A DNA stretch of 63,061 nucleotides, counting the filler, from Octopus bimaculoides (Eukaryota): assembly GCF_001194135.2 (NCBI RefSeq). It is 6 parts of 6 records of this genome, joined end to end, with 100 filler letters (N's around TTAATTAATTAA, not from the genome) between each part and the next. Parts side by side here need not be neighbours in the genome. Positions count along the whole stretch, not along the records: positions 48,821 to 56,762 come from NC_068992.1; positions 56,863 to 59,817 come from NC_069010.1; positions 59,918 to 63,061 come from NC_068988.1; 3 more parts are not named here. One strand, written 5' to 3'. A program made the position numbers and the translations under genes. The notes under the pieces were generated by a model. It was not told where the DNA came from, searched no databases, and worked only from the letters and a program-made list of their open reading frames with translations. Below are positions 49,442-60,949 of this stretch, one piece after another (the stretch's first letter is position 1; every line of letters begins with the position of its first letter).

Positions 49442-49516
49442 CTTTCATAATTTGACATTCTTTTTCTATCTTCCTCCGGGAACGGATCTCTTGTAGTAAC
49501 TGTTCGTGAAGTTGTT
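49442..49516 (-). CDS. 75-nt exon (phase 1-1) of an unidentified protein; coiled-coil segment
   Basis: Acceptor tgtttgttttcctcacag|AA, donor AAG|gtatat. Reads (E)QLHEQLLQEIRSRRKIEKECQIMK when spliced to 50739-50789. Confidence 0.7.
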
Positions 49517-49724
49517 CTGTGAGGAAAACAAACACAGCAACAAATGAAACAACAACAACCACGATAACAACAGCAACAGAAAAGGGAAATAGCAAGGGAA
49601 CGAGAAATGATGATGGAGAAGAACGTGGAATAGAAATGAAAGGAAGGAAAGCTAAATAGTAAACAGTTTTTCTTATAGAATTGTTTTTTCATGTAGTTTG
49701 TTTTTAGCCCTCAAATAGTGAATT

Positions 49725-49980
49725 CGTGAGCCTAATGGCTACGGCCTTCCACTCAACTGCAAGATCGCTGTTTCAGTTCCGGGCCAGGGCGGTGCGTTTT
49801 GTTCCTAAGCAAAACGCTTCATTTTACGTTGCTTCAGTCCATGCAGCTGTAAAAGCGTTCCAGTAACAGTTGGGAAGTTGACTCTGCGGAGGACTAGCGT
49901 CCCGTTCGGGGGCGAGGAGTATTGTTATCCTAGTGTTGGCGACGGGGTTAAGTCCCGACCTTCTGAGTCCTGAGGTTCAT
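49725..49980 (+). mobile_element. Third tRNA-derived SINE type (family C), diverged
   Basis: gcctaatggctacggcc...gtttcagttccggg head; central gttcctaagcaaaacgcttc...gctycagtcc and ggactagcgtcccgttcggggg motifs like conserved-core SINEs. Confidence 0.55.
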
Positions 49981-50029
49981 GATAGACCTAATTCTAAAAA
50001 TATTATTATTCTGTTTGGTTGTGAAGCAA

Positions 50030-50405
50030 GGATTCTGAACGGAATTTGAAGAGAACATGACCAAACCGTTTGAGTTGTGGATGGATTGAAGAATATTACA
50101 GAGTCTCTAACAAGGGTCATCGGATAAATGATTGGGTAAAAGATGACGACTTCTGAACGTCGTGAAAAAACAAAACCTAGTCTATTATGGCCATATTTGA
50201 AGAAGCAGAGATTTGGAAAACATTGTCATGGAAGGAAGAGTAGAGAGTAGCTGATCAGGAGGCAGGCAAGGACGCCGTGGATGGACAATATCAAGGGCTT
50301 GTTGGACAAGAGTGACAAAGAAGGTGCAAAACTCGCGCTTAATCAGGAAGACTTTCGTTGTAGTCTCATCAATGCATTCTAAGTTATGATACACGATGAT
50401 GACGT
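50030..50405 (+). mobile_element. RTE 3' fragment
   Basis: RLLNVVKKQNLVYYGHI*RSRDLENIVMEGRVE...GRQG; ends atgatacacgatgatga. Confidence 0.7.
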
Positions 50406-50738
50406 TATGCAGGTTATTACTTATATGTGTGTGTATGTGTGTGCGTGTGTGTGTGTGTGTGTGTGTATGGATATATATATATATATATATATGCGTGTAT
50501 ATACATATGTATATATATATATACGTACGTATGTATGTATATATTTGTGTGCCAGCCTGAAAAAGTTTAGGAACCACTAGGTTAAAGGGACGAGATAAAA
50601 GATTCCTGTTATAGGGGAAATGATCAGAGGTGATTTGATCAATGGTTAATAAGTAAAAATAATGTAAATAATGTACATAATTCCTCATCTCTTAAATATA
50701 GAACTGAACAATAAACCTTTACGTGGAAGTTCACTTAC

Positions 50739-50789
50739 CTTTAGTCATTGTCAAGATATCAGGAGGAATCGGAGAAGATTTCATGTCTA
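50739..50789 (-). CDS. 51-nt exon (phase 1-1) of the unidentified protein
   Basis: Acceptor ttcttttcttctttctctacattcag|TA, donor AAAG|gtaagt. Peptide (V)DMKSSPIPPDILTMTK. Confidence 0.75.
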
Positions 50790-50882
50790 CTGAATGTAGA
50801 GAAAGAAGAAAAGAAAGATTGCCTTAAAATTGGTTGTTTATACAAAACATTTTTTTAGTATTTGCATACAGTGATAGATAAT

Positions 50883-50885
50883 ATA

Positions 50886-50937
<52 letters not shown>

Positions 50938-50939
50938 AT

Positions 50940-50988
<49 letters not shown>

Positions 50989-51077
50989 GAAGAAGAAGAA
51001 GAAGAAGAAGAAGAAGAAGAAGAAGAAGAAGAAGAAGAAGAAGAAGAAGAAGAAGAAGAAGAAGAAGAAGAAGAAGC
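50883..51077. repeat. Compound microsatellite (ACT)n-(AAT)n-(AAG)n
   Basis: Visible directly; source of the poly-T/N/R ORF. Confidence 0.97.
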
Positions 51078-51172
51078 ATTTGACTCTTATTTTATCTGAT
51101 CGACTTTGAAAAGATGAAAGGCAAAGTTGATCTCAACAGGACTTAGAACTTAGAAGGCAAAGAAGTACTCAC

Positions 51173-51230
51173 CAATGGGAGGACTGTCTTGCATCACGTG
51201 ATCTCTGTTGTGAACCGTAAATTCCGGAGT
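51173..51230 (-). CDS. 58-nt exon (phase 0-1) of the unidentified protein
   Basis: Acceptor tttgattttgcattctcag|ACT, donor TTG|gtgagt. Peptide TPEFTVHNRDHVMQDSPPI. Confidence 0.7.
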
Positions 51231-51577
51231 CTGAGAATGCAAAATCAAAGATCTCTTAATGTCAACGAAAGTTTTACCTCATCATTTTTTATAAAACACT
51301 TTACCAGTGAATGGTTTTCAATTAATCTTATATAATCTAGTAGTTATTCTAAGATTTCATTATTAGCAGTAGAATTATGTTTCGCTGAAGCGGTCTACTA
51401 AGGTGAGAACTTGTCCAGAGTAGTCATTACATACAAAAGATTGGATTTATTTTCCACTGCGTTCTCATCAGTTTAAATTTCGAAGTTGTCTCTTTTGTTG
51501 TATATAGATATACGTGTGTGTGTTTGTATGTGTTTCTCTGTGTGTACGTATTTGACCATATACATACAGACATACAT

Positions 51578-51665
<88 letters not shown>

Positions 51666-51682
51666 GTGTGTATGTATGTATA

Positions 51683-51718
<36 letters not shown>

Positions 51719-52251
51719 TGTATGTATGTATGTATGAATGTATAAACGAGAACAAAAGGTTAAAATACTGTGTATGAGTGTGTCTGTGTGTGTGTATGTT
51801 GTGGTGTGTATGTGTGTGTCTGTAATGTGGCATAAAATATGATATACCCTTGTTTATCAAATGACACGGTGTGAGAGATGAAGTGTTAACACTGAAACAA
51901 TTACACCATGGAAGAATCATATTAGCCATTTTGGTCTTCCATACTTTATACTTTAAAAAAAATAATAACTACGCCTTGGATTTACTTCATTGATCATTGC
52001 ATCGCACCTTTCTATTCACTTGCTTGAATAGAAAAGAATCAATGATCAGATCACAGAAGGGAAACAATATCGTTTGGCATTTCATACTATGTACATGATA
52101 TTACTTCACAATAGAAAACTAAAGTGAATAAATATCGGCAATTGTATGTTTGGGGCAACGTCCGAAATACTTTCGTTTACACGAAATGAGGAAGCAAAAC
52201 ACCTATAATAACGGCAACACCACCAACAGCAGAAGTAATGAGAGAAGCTAC

Positions 52252-52313
<62 letters not shown>

Positions 52314-52687
52314 TGATGATAATAATAATAATAATGATAATAATAATAATTACAACAACAACAGACTCATTATCCTGTAATGATCTCTACAAATGATGTT
52401 CCGGTGTACTTGCACGCTGATCTTGAAACCAGGAAGTGATCTATTGATTTCCGTATTAGATTTAATGAAAGCATATGTCAGTGTAGTGTATTGGTTTACA
52501 TAGCCTTGTGAGGTTCTGTTCTACGTATGTACAGACATATACACACATGCACACCGTGCATTCACATACATGCAACCAAAGACGCATTTACACACACAAA
52601 CACATACAGAGACATTCACAAATATGCAAACAACAATTCGCAATTATACGCAAATATACACGTATGCACATACACAGGTATGCGCAT

Positions 52688-52736
<49 letters not shown>

Positions 52737-52817
52737 GACACAAACACGCACACATGCACGTACATACACACACTTACATACATGCGTATATATGTGTTGG
52801 CGGGAGGGGTGTAAACG

Positions 52818-53900
52818 TACATTCGCGGGGTACTGAAAAGTTCCTGGTTTTGGGTGTAAGAAAATACAGGAGGACCAGTTAATTATGATTTTATTCAACA
52901 TATTTTATTCCCCTCACAGCTGCACACACTAATCGCAGTGGGTCCTTCAGTCTTTCTGAGCCCTGCAAAAGAACTCACACCCTGAAAGCCAGGAAAGTTT
53001 TTTCACCTCCTCATATTCTTTTCTTCTTTCNNNNNNNNNNNNNNNNNNNNNNNNNNNNNNNNNNNNNNNNNNNNNNNNNNNNNNNNNNNNNNNNNNNNNN
53101 NNNNNNNNNNNNNNNNNNNNNNNNNNNNNNNNNNNNNNNNNNNNNNNNNNNNNNNNNNNNNNNNNNNNNNNNNNNNNNNNNNNNNNNNNNNNNNNNNNNN
53201 NNNNNNNNNNNNNNNNNNNNNNNNNNNNNNNNNNNNNNNNNNNNNNNNNNNNNNNNNNNNNNNNNNNNNNNNNNNNNNNNNNNNNNNNNNNNNNNNNNNN
53301 NNNNNNNNNNNNNNNNNNNNNNNNNNNNNNNNNNNNNNNNNNNNNNNNNNNNNNNNNNNNNNNNNNNNNNNNNNNNNNNNNNNNNNNNNNNNNNNNNNNN
53401 NNNNNNNNNNNNNNNNNNNNNNNNNNNNNNNNNNNNNNNNNNNNNNNNNNNNNNNNNNNNNNNNNNNNNNNNNNNNNNNNNNNNNNNNNNNNNNNNNNNN
53501 NNNNNNNNNNNNNNNNNNNNNNNNNNNNNNNNNNNNNNNNNNNNNNNNNNNNNNNNNNNNNNNNNNNNNNNNNNNNNNNNNNNNNNNNNNNNNNNNNNNN
53601 NNNNNNNNNNNNNNNNNNNNNNNNNNNNNNNNNNNNNNNNNNNNNNNNNNNNNNNNNNNNNNNNNNNNNNNNNNNNNNNNNNNNNNNNNNNNNNNNNNNN
53701 NNNNNNNNNNNNNNNNNNNNNNNNNNNNNNNNNNNNNNNNNNNNNNNNNNNNNNNNNNNNNNNNNNNNNNNNNNNNNNNNNNNNNNNNNNNNNNNNNNNN
53801 NNACACACACACGATGAAGAGTGAAGACAGGAAGATTTGGCCATTATTTCTAGTATGCACAACAGCCACGTACAGGCTTCCTCGTTGACTCTGCACTAAG
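52818..53900 (-). mobile_element. Mariner-like element; interior is an N gap
   Basis: TIR-like tacattcgcggggtactgaaaagttcctgg, followed by the reverse complement of a transposase end (...CVQL*GE*NMLNK). Confidence 0.6.
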
Positions 53901-53934
53901 AAAGGAAAACAACAACGTGTAATATAGTAGTAGC

Positions 53935-53995
<61 letters not shown>

Positions 53996-55249
53996 ACAGC
54001 GGCAACAGTAGCAGCAGACGAGAGCAACGATGTTAAAGTACAGAACTAGTAGAGATGCACACCGGATGGTGATGGTATTGGTGTTGGTGGTGAATGGTAT
54101 GGTCGGAATGGCTTTTCACGTCATATGACAGATGGTCAACGTGGTGAGAGAGAGTTCCGTTTCCAACAGCTAATCAGCTGGTCCAGTCCATTCTATCCAA
54201 CAGCGACACAGATGACCGATACACAAATTAAACGACGACCACCCGTTGTCTTCATCACTCATTACTCTGTGGGTTGGTGAGTGGGGAGGACAGACGTTCG
54301 AATCGATAACCCCCCCCCCATACACATACACACACACACACANNNNNNNNNNNNNNNNNNNNNNNNNNNNNNNNNNNNNNNNNNNNNNNNNNNNNNNNNN
54401 NNNNNNNNNNNNNNNNNNNNNNNNNNNNNNNNNNNNNNNNNNNNNNNNNNNNNNNNNNNNNNNNNNNNNNNNNNNNNNNNNNNNNNNNNNNNNNNNNNNN
54501 NNNNNNNNNNNNNNNNNNNNNNNNNNNNNATATATATATATATATATATACACATATTATTTATATTATTACATATATATACATATATAAATGCATACGT
54601 ACACGTATATATAGAGAGAGGAGAAGGGGATGGACGCATAGATAAATAGATAGATAGATGATAGATGCGCATGTATATATATACATGTATACATCTTGAT
54701 ACATCTGTTTATCTATCTATATCAATATATATATATATATATATTTATTTATTTATTTATGTATGTATGTCTATATATATATATATAAAAATACTTACGT
54801 ACATACATACATATATACATACATACATCTATTGGGAGTTTTACGTTGTTTAATTTTATTGTTTTTTATTGTTTACACGAGGAAAACCTATTGTATCGTC
54901 CCATTTTTTCTTTTAATGTTATTGTATATCTTTTATGTTTATTCATATTAGCCCTTGAGGTCAATAAAGGAATAAATTATTATTATTATTATTGTTATTG
55001 TTATTATTATTATTATTATATAAGCCATAAAAACCTTGTTAAATACAGCTATCCGGGTTTTCCTGTCCGAAATATTAATTTATTTCCCCATTTATCCAGC
55101 TGGTTTCCTTATAACCCTTTTTTTACATTATTACCTCGGAAATTGCGAAATAAGTTAATATTTGGGCCAGAAAAACCGTAAGAAGCTGTGTTTTGCAAAG
55201 TGTTTTTCTTTTTTTGTGTATGTGGTTTTTTAATGATAATATATATTCA

Positions 55250-55378
55250 TCCGCCGACGTCGACTTTGCTTTCTTCCTTTCGGGATCGATAAAATAGGCA
55301 CCAGTTGCGTACTGGGGTCGATCCAATTGACTGGCCCCTTCCCCAAAAATTTCGGCCCTTGTGCCTAGAGGAGAAAAG
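55250..55378 (+). mobile_element. SINE family B, 3' portion
   Basis: ccgccgacgtcgactttgctttcttcctttcggg...ggcccttgtgcctagaggagaaaag. Confidence 0.85.
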
Positions 55379-55431
55379 AATATATGCTCCAATGTGTTTG
55401 TTTGTTTGTGTGTGTGTGTGTGTGTGTACAT

Positions 55432-55879
55432 ACACGAGATGTGATCAAAAAATATTGGAGCTGTTGTTTATAGCAGTGCCTGGAAGTAAAGTGTGTAGAG
55501 TGTGGTAGTCTCACCACACCACATAGGTTCCCTCAGTGACCATTCTTGAGAAAGTGTGTGTGTGTGTATGTGCGTGCGTGCGTACACGGAAAGAGACATG
55601 GCCTGAAGGTTATTACGGCCAAGGATTTTTCCAAAAATTAAACCCCACTTGATGGGAGCAAGATTTCAAGACGTTGTAGAATCCCTGCAGAATGCAAAGA
55701 GGCAGTTGTTTGCTATCTCAAGAAAATACTTTCATAAATGGAAACGAGGCTGGTTAAAATGTGCGGCTTCAGAAGGGGATTGCTTTGAAATAGGTTAAAT
55801 GCCAAATTGATACGTATTGTAGTTTTTCTTTTTTTTTTTTATTAGCACCAGTTCTGATACTTTTTCATCAAGGCTCATA
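55432..55879 (+). mobile_element. Internally deleted mariner
   Basis: Imperfect TIRs (tacacgagatgtgatcaaaaaata / atactttttcatcaaggctcata). FPKIKPHLMGARFQDVVESLQNAKRQL...KWKRGWLKCAASEGDCFE is a mariner transposase C-terminus. Confidence 0.75.
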
Positions 55880-55881
55880 TG

Positions 55882-56417
55882 TACGAGGGTGAGTCAAAAA
55901 GTAATGCCATTTTGTTTAGGACAGGTATAATTACCAATACAGGTACATGTATCATATATCAAATTGAATTTGGTCCTCTGTGGATCACATCTTTACTTCT
56001 CGACATAGTCACCGTTTCTTTCAATAGCAATGTTCCACCTTTGAATGAGAGCATGTATCCCTGCCCCGTAAAATTCTGTTAACTGTTCTTTGAGCCACTT
56101 CACTTCTTCGTCACTGGACTATCATGTCTTCGGCCCCGTGAAAGAAGGTTTGAGAGGCAAACATTATTCCAGTGACGAGGAAGTGAAAACTGTAGTGAAG
56201 AAGTACCTCAAAGAACAGTCAACAAAATTTTATGGGGTAGGGATACATGCTCTCATTGGAAGGTGGAACATTGCTTTTGAGAGAAACGGTGACTATGTTG
56301 AGAAGTAGGGATGTGATCCACAGAGGACCAGCTTCATTTTGATGTATAATACATGTTCCTGTGTTGGTAATTATACCTGTCCTAAACAAAAGGCGTTACT
56401 TTTTCACTCCCCCTCAC
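55882..56417. mobile_element. Foldback MITE built from two inverted mariner 3' ends
   Basis: 55882-56118 is the reverse complement of about 56165-56417. Right arm reads DYHVFGPVKEGLRGKHYSSDEEVKTVVKKYL...RWNIAFERNGDYVEK*. Confidence 0.88.
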
Positions 56418-56682
56418 ACTTACCGCAGATCTACAAAACTAGATACCAATATCAAAGTATTATCTTAAGCTTAATAAGGATTATCTACTAAGAAAAAAAT
56501 TCGATATCAATGTAAGCAAACTTCACAAACTGTCTCCATCCTACTAGAAAGAAGGATAACTCGGAATAACAAGACAAAGTGTTTTAAAAATCAACATACA
56601 TGCATAACGAATACGTATTTCCATTATCATCAGTCATCAAACAAATATCACGAATATATACACACACATATATATATATATA

Positions 56683-56762
<80 letters not shown>

Positions 56763-56862
56763 NNNNNNNNNNNNNNNNNNNNNNNNNNNNNNNNNNNNNN
56801 NNNNNNTTAATTAATTAANNNNNNNNNNNNNNNNNNNNNNNNNNNNNNNNNNNNNNNNNNNN
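56763..56862. other. Synthetic scaffold spacer N44-TTAATTAATTAA-N44
   Basis: Core at 56807-56818. Confidence 0.97.
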
Positions 56863-57027
56863 CACCACCAACACCATAGCACTTCTGTGACTATAACAAT
56901 TTAGATTAGGTGCCAAGAGCTACCGCAACAACACCACCAACAACAACAATAATAACAACAAAGAGCACAAAGGGAGACAATAATTTTGTTTGTTCCTTTC
57001 ATGTGTGTGTGTCTGAATGTTTTGTTC

Positions 57028-57583
57028 GCGTGGCTGTGTGGTAAGAAGCTTGCTTCCCAACCACATGGTTCCAGGTTCAGTCGCACTGCGTGGCACCTTG
57101 GGCAAGTGTCTTCTACTATAGCCTCGGGCCGACCAAATCCTTGTGAGTAGATTTGGTAGACGGAAACTGAAAGAAGCCCGTCGTATATATGTATGTATAT
57201 ATATGTGTGTGTGCTAAGAAGCTTGAATCCCAACCACATGGTTCCAGGTTCAGTCCCACTGCGTGGCACCTTGGGCAAGTGTCTTCTACTATAGCCTCGG
57301 GCCAACCAAAGCCTTGTGAGTGGATTTGGTAGACGGAAACTGAAAGAAGCCCGTCGTATATATGTATATATATATATATGTGTGTGCTAAGAAGCTTGCT
57401 TCCCAACCACATGGTTCCAGGTTCAGTCCCACTGCGTGACACCTTGGGCGAGTGTCTTCTACTATAGCCTCGGGCCAACCAAATCCTTGTGAGTGGATTT
57501 GGTAGACAGAAACTGAAAGAAGCCCGTTGTATATATGTATATTTATGTGTGTGTTTGTATGTCTGTGTTTGTCACACCCAACA
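57028..57583 (+). repeat. Three head-to-tail copies (173-bp period) of the SINE family A 5' half
   Basis: taagaagcttg recurs at 57042, 57215 and 57388. Confidence 0.92.
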
Positions 57584-57815
57584 TGGAAATATACATGTGG
57601 GATGGGAGACAGGTAGGTCAACTAATTATCAGTAATTCTTTAAAAGGGTCAATCGCATAAGAAGCTTACCAACTCCTTGTCTAAATGTTGCCAATAGCAA
57701 CAGTCCATCATCGCCCGTTTAGCTATTCTTAATTGTTTATTTGTAAATACGTTCAGAGTCTTTCATGCCTAGTCCAGAAAAATTATTGTTTTTTTTTTTT
57801 CCTCATTTTTTGCAG

Positions 57816-57941
57816 TACTTTTCCATTGGTTGAGCGACTGCTTGTGAGCCATGCAGACATCCGGCTTTTACAAGTAACCTGGCATCCTGGCAGCTATTAC
57901 GATGGACATTTGGTGTTTCTTGCTCTGGACAATATACTCAG
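57816..57941 (+). CDS. NUP88: Nucleoporin Nup88, internal exon (126 nt, phase 2-2)
   Basis: Acceptor ttttcctcattttttgcag, donor CAG|gtaaga. TFPLVERLLVSHADIRLLQVTWHPGSYYDGHLVFLALDNILR aligns without gaps to human NUP88 as I recall it (TTPVAERFF...[23 protein letters not shown]). Confidence 0.88.
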
Positions 57942-58515
57942 GTAAGATATTGTGGGTGGCGGTGCCAGCAGTTGCTGTCGTTATTGTCATCTCAAGGCCA
58001 ATCTGAGTTCGGCAGAGTGATAGCCACAGACATTCCAGTTGGGACTATCCTGTCGTCCCCTCACACCCAGAAACTTAGTACCGTTAGTTTGTTTTAGCTG
58101 TTACGGTTTCAACCATGCTTCAGCACCACACGTGTTTGTGTGTATGCAAAGATACAAACACACACACACACACACACGTGTATATATGTGTGTGTGTGTA
58201 ATATATGGAGACAATTACCAACATCTTGTGCGGTAGGCTTGATAATTGCCGAGAATCCTCAGCATGAAACCAATGGTAGCCTTGTTAACCCACAAATAAA
58301 GAATATTTATCCACCAATGCAGTGTCGAGCACTCATTCCCACAGGTTGATATTGGCATGTATGTATGTGTATATACAACAAGCAAAGTAGTACTAACAAG
58401 TAATATTTATATCCACGTCTACACAGCTGTTTCGTAGGAACCAGCATTACTACCATTTTTAGCTTGTTGTTGTTATTGTTATTATTATTATTATTATTAT
58501 TATTTCTTCCACCAG

Positions 58516-58770
58516 GATCTGTGACATAAATGAACCAGACAAGATATTCCAGGAAATCTCTCTCAGCTCCTCAAATGTGTCTCCATCCATGCATTATTCT
58601 CTCTACTCTGTTGCCATTGGTGATGCGGCGGTCAGTTTTGACTTTGGTTCCATAACCGAACTGCCTTGTAAATCCCGGACAACCTCCAAGAAGACACGAT
58701 TAGTTTGGCCAATCTACATTCTCCGTGGAAGCGGAGATGTCCTGCTCCTCTACAGTGACATTACATCCAA
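58516..58770 (+). CDS. NUP88: Nucleoporin Nup88, next exon (255 nt, phase 2-2)
   Basis: Acceptor tttcttccaccag, donor AA|gtaagc. ICDINEPD...AIGDAAVSFDFG...WPIYILRGSGDVLLLY matches NUP88 LGETAVAFDFG...YPLYILYENGETFL; in phase with the previous exon. Confidence 0.9.
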
Positions 58771-58789
58771 GTAAGCGTGCCATCTCTTT

Positions 58790-59158
58790 GATTTTTCTTT
58801 TCGGGGTGTACACCAGTTTGATCATGGCCGTTGCCAGTACCGCCTGACTGGCCTTCGTAGGATTTTCGAGCGAGATCGTTGCCAGTGCCCTTGGACTGGC
58901 TCTTGTGCGGGTGGCACATAAAATACACCATTTTGAGCGTGGCCGTTGCCAGTATTGCCTGACTGGCCTTCGTGCGGGTGACACGTAAAAGCACCCACTA
59001 CACTCTCTGAGTGGTTGGCGTTAGGAAGGGCATCCAGTCGTAGAAACTCTGCCAAATCAGATTGGAGCCTGGTGCAGCCTTCTGGTTTTACCAGTCCTCA
59101 GTCAAATCGTCCAACCCATGCTAGCATGGAAAGCGGACGTTAAACGACGATGATGATG
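58790..59158 (+). mobile_element. RTE 3' UTR-only copy with (GAT)n tail, inside the NUP88 intron
   Basis: Near-identical to the reverse complement of 5228-5480 (gttggcgttaggaagggcatccag...gctagcatggaaagcggacgttaaacg). Confidence 0.9.
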
Positions 59159-59624
59159 TTTGCAGAAATTTTCTGCATACGTAGACAAAACGGTCCCCTT
59201 CTTTGTTCAAACCCTTCACAAACTGTTTCATTAACCCTGTCAAGTCAAGCCATGTTTCCATTACAGTGGGGAATAGTTTAAAAGTCATCTGTGATGGATT
59301 CCTGCTAAAGCAGGGATAAACGACTTTTGTAGAGAAAAGCTGATAAAAATACTAAAAAAATAGACAACTGATTGTGTTGATTTTTGTGGCCCAATGTGTT
59401 TGAGACTTATTGTTAATGGTGTCGCCAGAGCTGTTTCCTTTTGTTTCTAATTGCTAAAATAATGATTCTGTTATGAAACGAGTGTATAATGAAACCCCGG
59501 TACCTTGAGAAAATTATTGATGATATTTATTCTTTTACCCTTACGCAAACAATGAGAGTGATTCGGACAATGAAACTGGTAAAAAAAGATAAGAAATGTA
59601 GTGATTTGGGGGAACAGATATGGT

Positions 59625-59817
59625 AGCTGAGAGATAGACCTATTATTGTTATTCTCTTGAATGTGTTTGATTCTGTCCAATAGTTTGCCTTAAAATTATG
59701 GTAGTTGAGAGATAGGCCTATTATTTTTATTCTCCTAAATTTTGGTGGGATTCTGTCCAATAGTTTGCCTTAAAATTATGGTAGTTGAGAGATAGGCCTA
59801 TTATTTTTATTCTCCTA
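59625..59817. repeat. 78-80-bp tandem repeat running into a gap
   Basis: gattctgtccaatagtttgccttaaaattatggtagttgagagatagg at 59669 and 59749, with a diverged partial unit upstream. Confidence 0.85.
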
Positions 59818-59917
59818 NNNNNNNNNNNNNNNNNNNNNNNNNNNNNNNNNNNNNNNNNNNNTTAATTAATTAANNNNNNNNNNNNNNNNNNNNNNNNNNN
59901 NNNNNNNNNNNNNNNNN
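59818..59917. other. Synthetic scaffold spacer N44-TTAATTAATTAA-N44
   Basis: Core at 59862-59873. Confidence 0.97.
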
Positions 59918-60102
59918 GTGTATGACATGACATGGTACACAGACCTACAATTAGACAATCCCATGTATTCACAACTGCATGGACCGAGTTTGAGGTAAAA
60001 ATAAATACGTGAAAAATATGTGAAACTCCGAAATTATGTGCTTATATATGTTAAAAAACAGTATGAACACGCACTCAAAAACGAACAAAATGTATAATGC
60101 AG

Positions 60103-60133
<31 letters not shown>

Positions 60134-60475
60134 TGTGTGTGTGCGTGTGCGTGCGTGTTCGTGCGTGTGTGTGTGCGTGCACATATTCTGCACGGATTTT
60201 CTAAATGAATGCCTATAAGCATATATTTGTGTATTCATATTCATAGTTATATTTATAAATTTGAATGTGGGCAGAACTAATCTTAGTGAGATAACAATTA
60301 GCAGTTATCTACCCTTGTCTGTATATTTTCATTCCAGTATCCTGCACATTCTTGTGTATCTTCGTTACACTCTCATTTAAGTCGGGGACAAATGTCAACG
60401 CTCTATGTTTTAGACTGGGAAACTGTTGACAATTTCTAGCATGAAACCAATAGTATCATTGTTAACCCCGCCACC

Positions 60476-60510
<35 letters not shown>

Positions 60511-60949
60511 ATTGCACATGTTGTTTCAAATAATATTCAGAGAACTCTTTAAAAATCTTAATGTATTTATAATTCCTTATGCATTAGATCTTTCTTTTAT
60601 ACAATCCTACATCTGTTATAAATATCATTTAATGATTACATATCCTTCGCCATTATTATCTTCTAAATTTTTGCTGATACTTGCCTATATATATATTTTT
60701 TATTGTATTTTATTATTTAATATTCCTTACATCCGAAACCTATTCCTCTGTATAGCATATTTATAATCCAATACATTTTAACCTTTTCCTTTTTTATAAC
60801 GTAACATTCATTAGTAATCAACATATCACAGTTTCTTATTTTTCATTCCTTCACTCTGTGGCAATTTTATATTAAATTTTGTTTTTTCAAAACATTACTT
60901 ATACAATGTGTACACATACTTTTTTTCTAGATTAACACTTAATTTTATA

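Noticed and set aside
52400-52450. Minus-strand ITSWFQDQRAS resembling homeodomain helix 3
   Set aside because: Lacks the invariant Asn, has weak splice sites, stops soon after, and no helix 1-2 exon was found.
55135-55185. 51-nt phase-0 candidate exon LLTVFLAQILTYFAISE upstream of the micro-exon gene
   Set aside because: Weak acceptor and no supporting homology; could easily be chance.
57028-57583. Regularly spaced repeats as a CRISPR array
   Set aside because: Units are whole SINE duplicates with no unique spacers, and there are no cas genes; the context is eukaryotic.
57585-57720. EIYMWDGRQ..., reminiscent of the NUP88 N-terminal LFLWDG motif
   Set aside because: Only about 5 residues match, it starts at a SINE junction with no acceptor, and there is no room for the next NUP88 exon before 57816.
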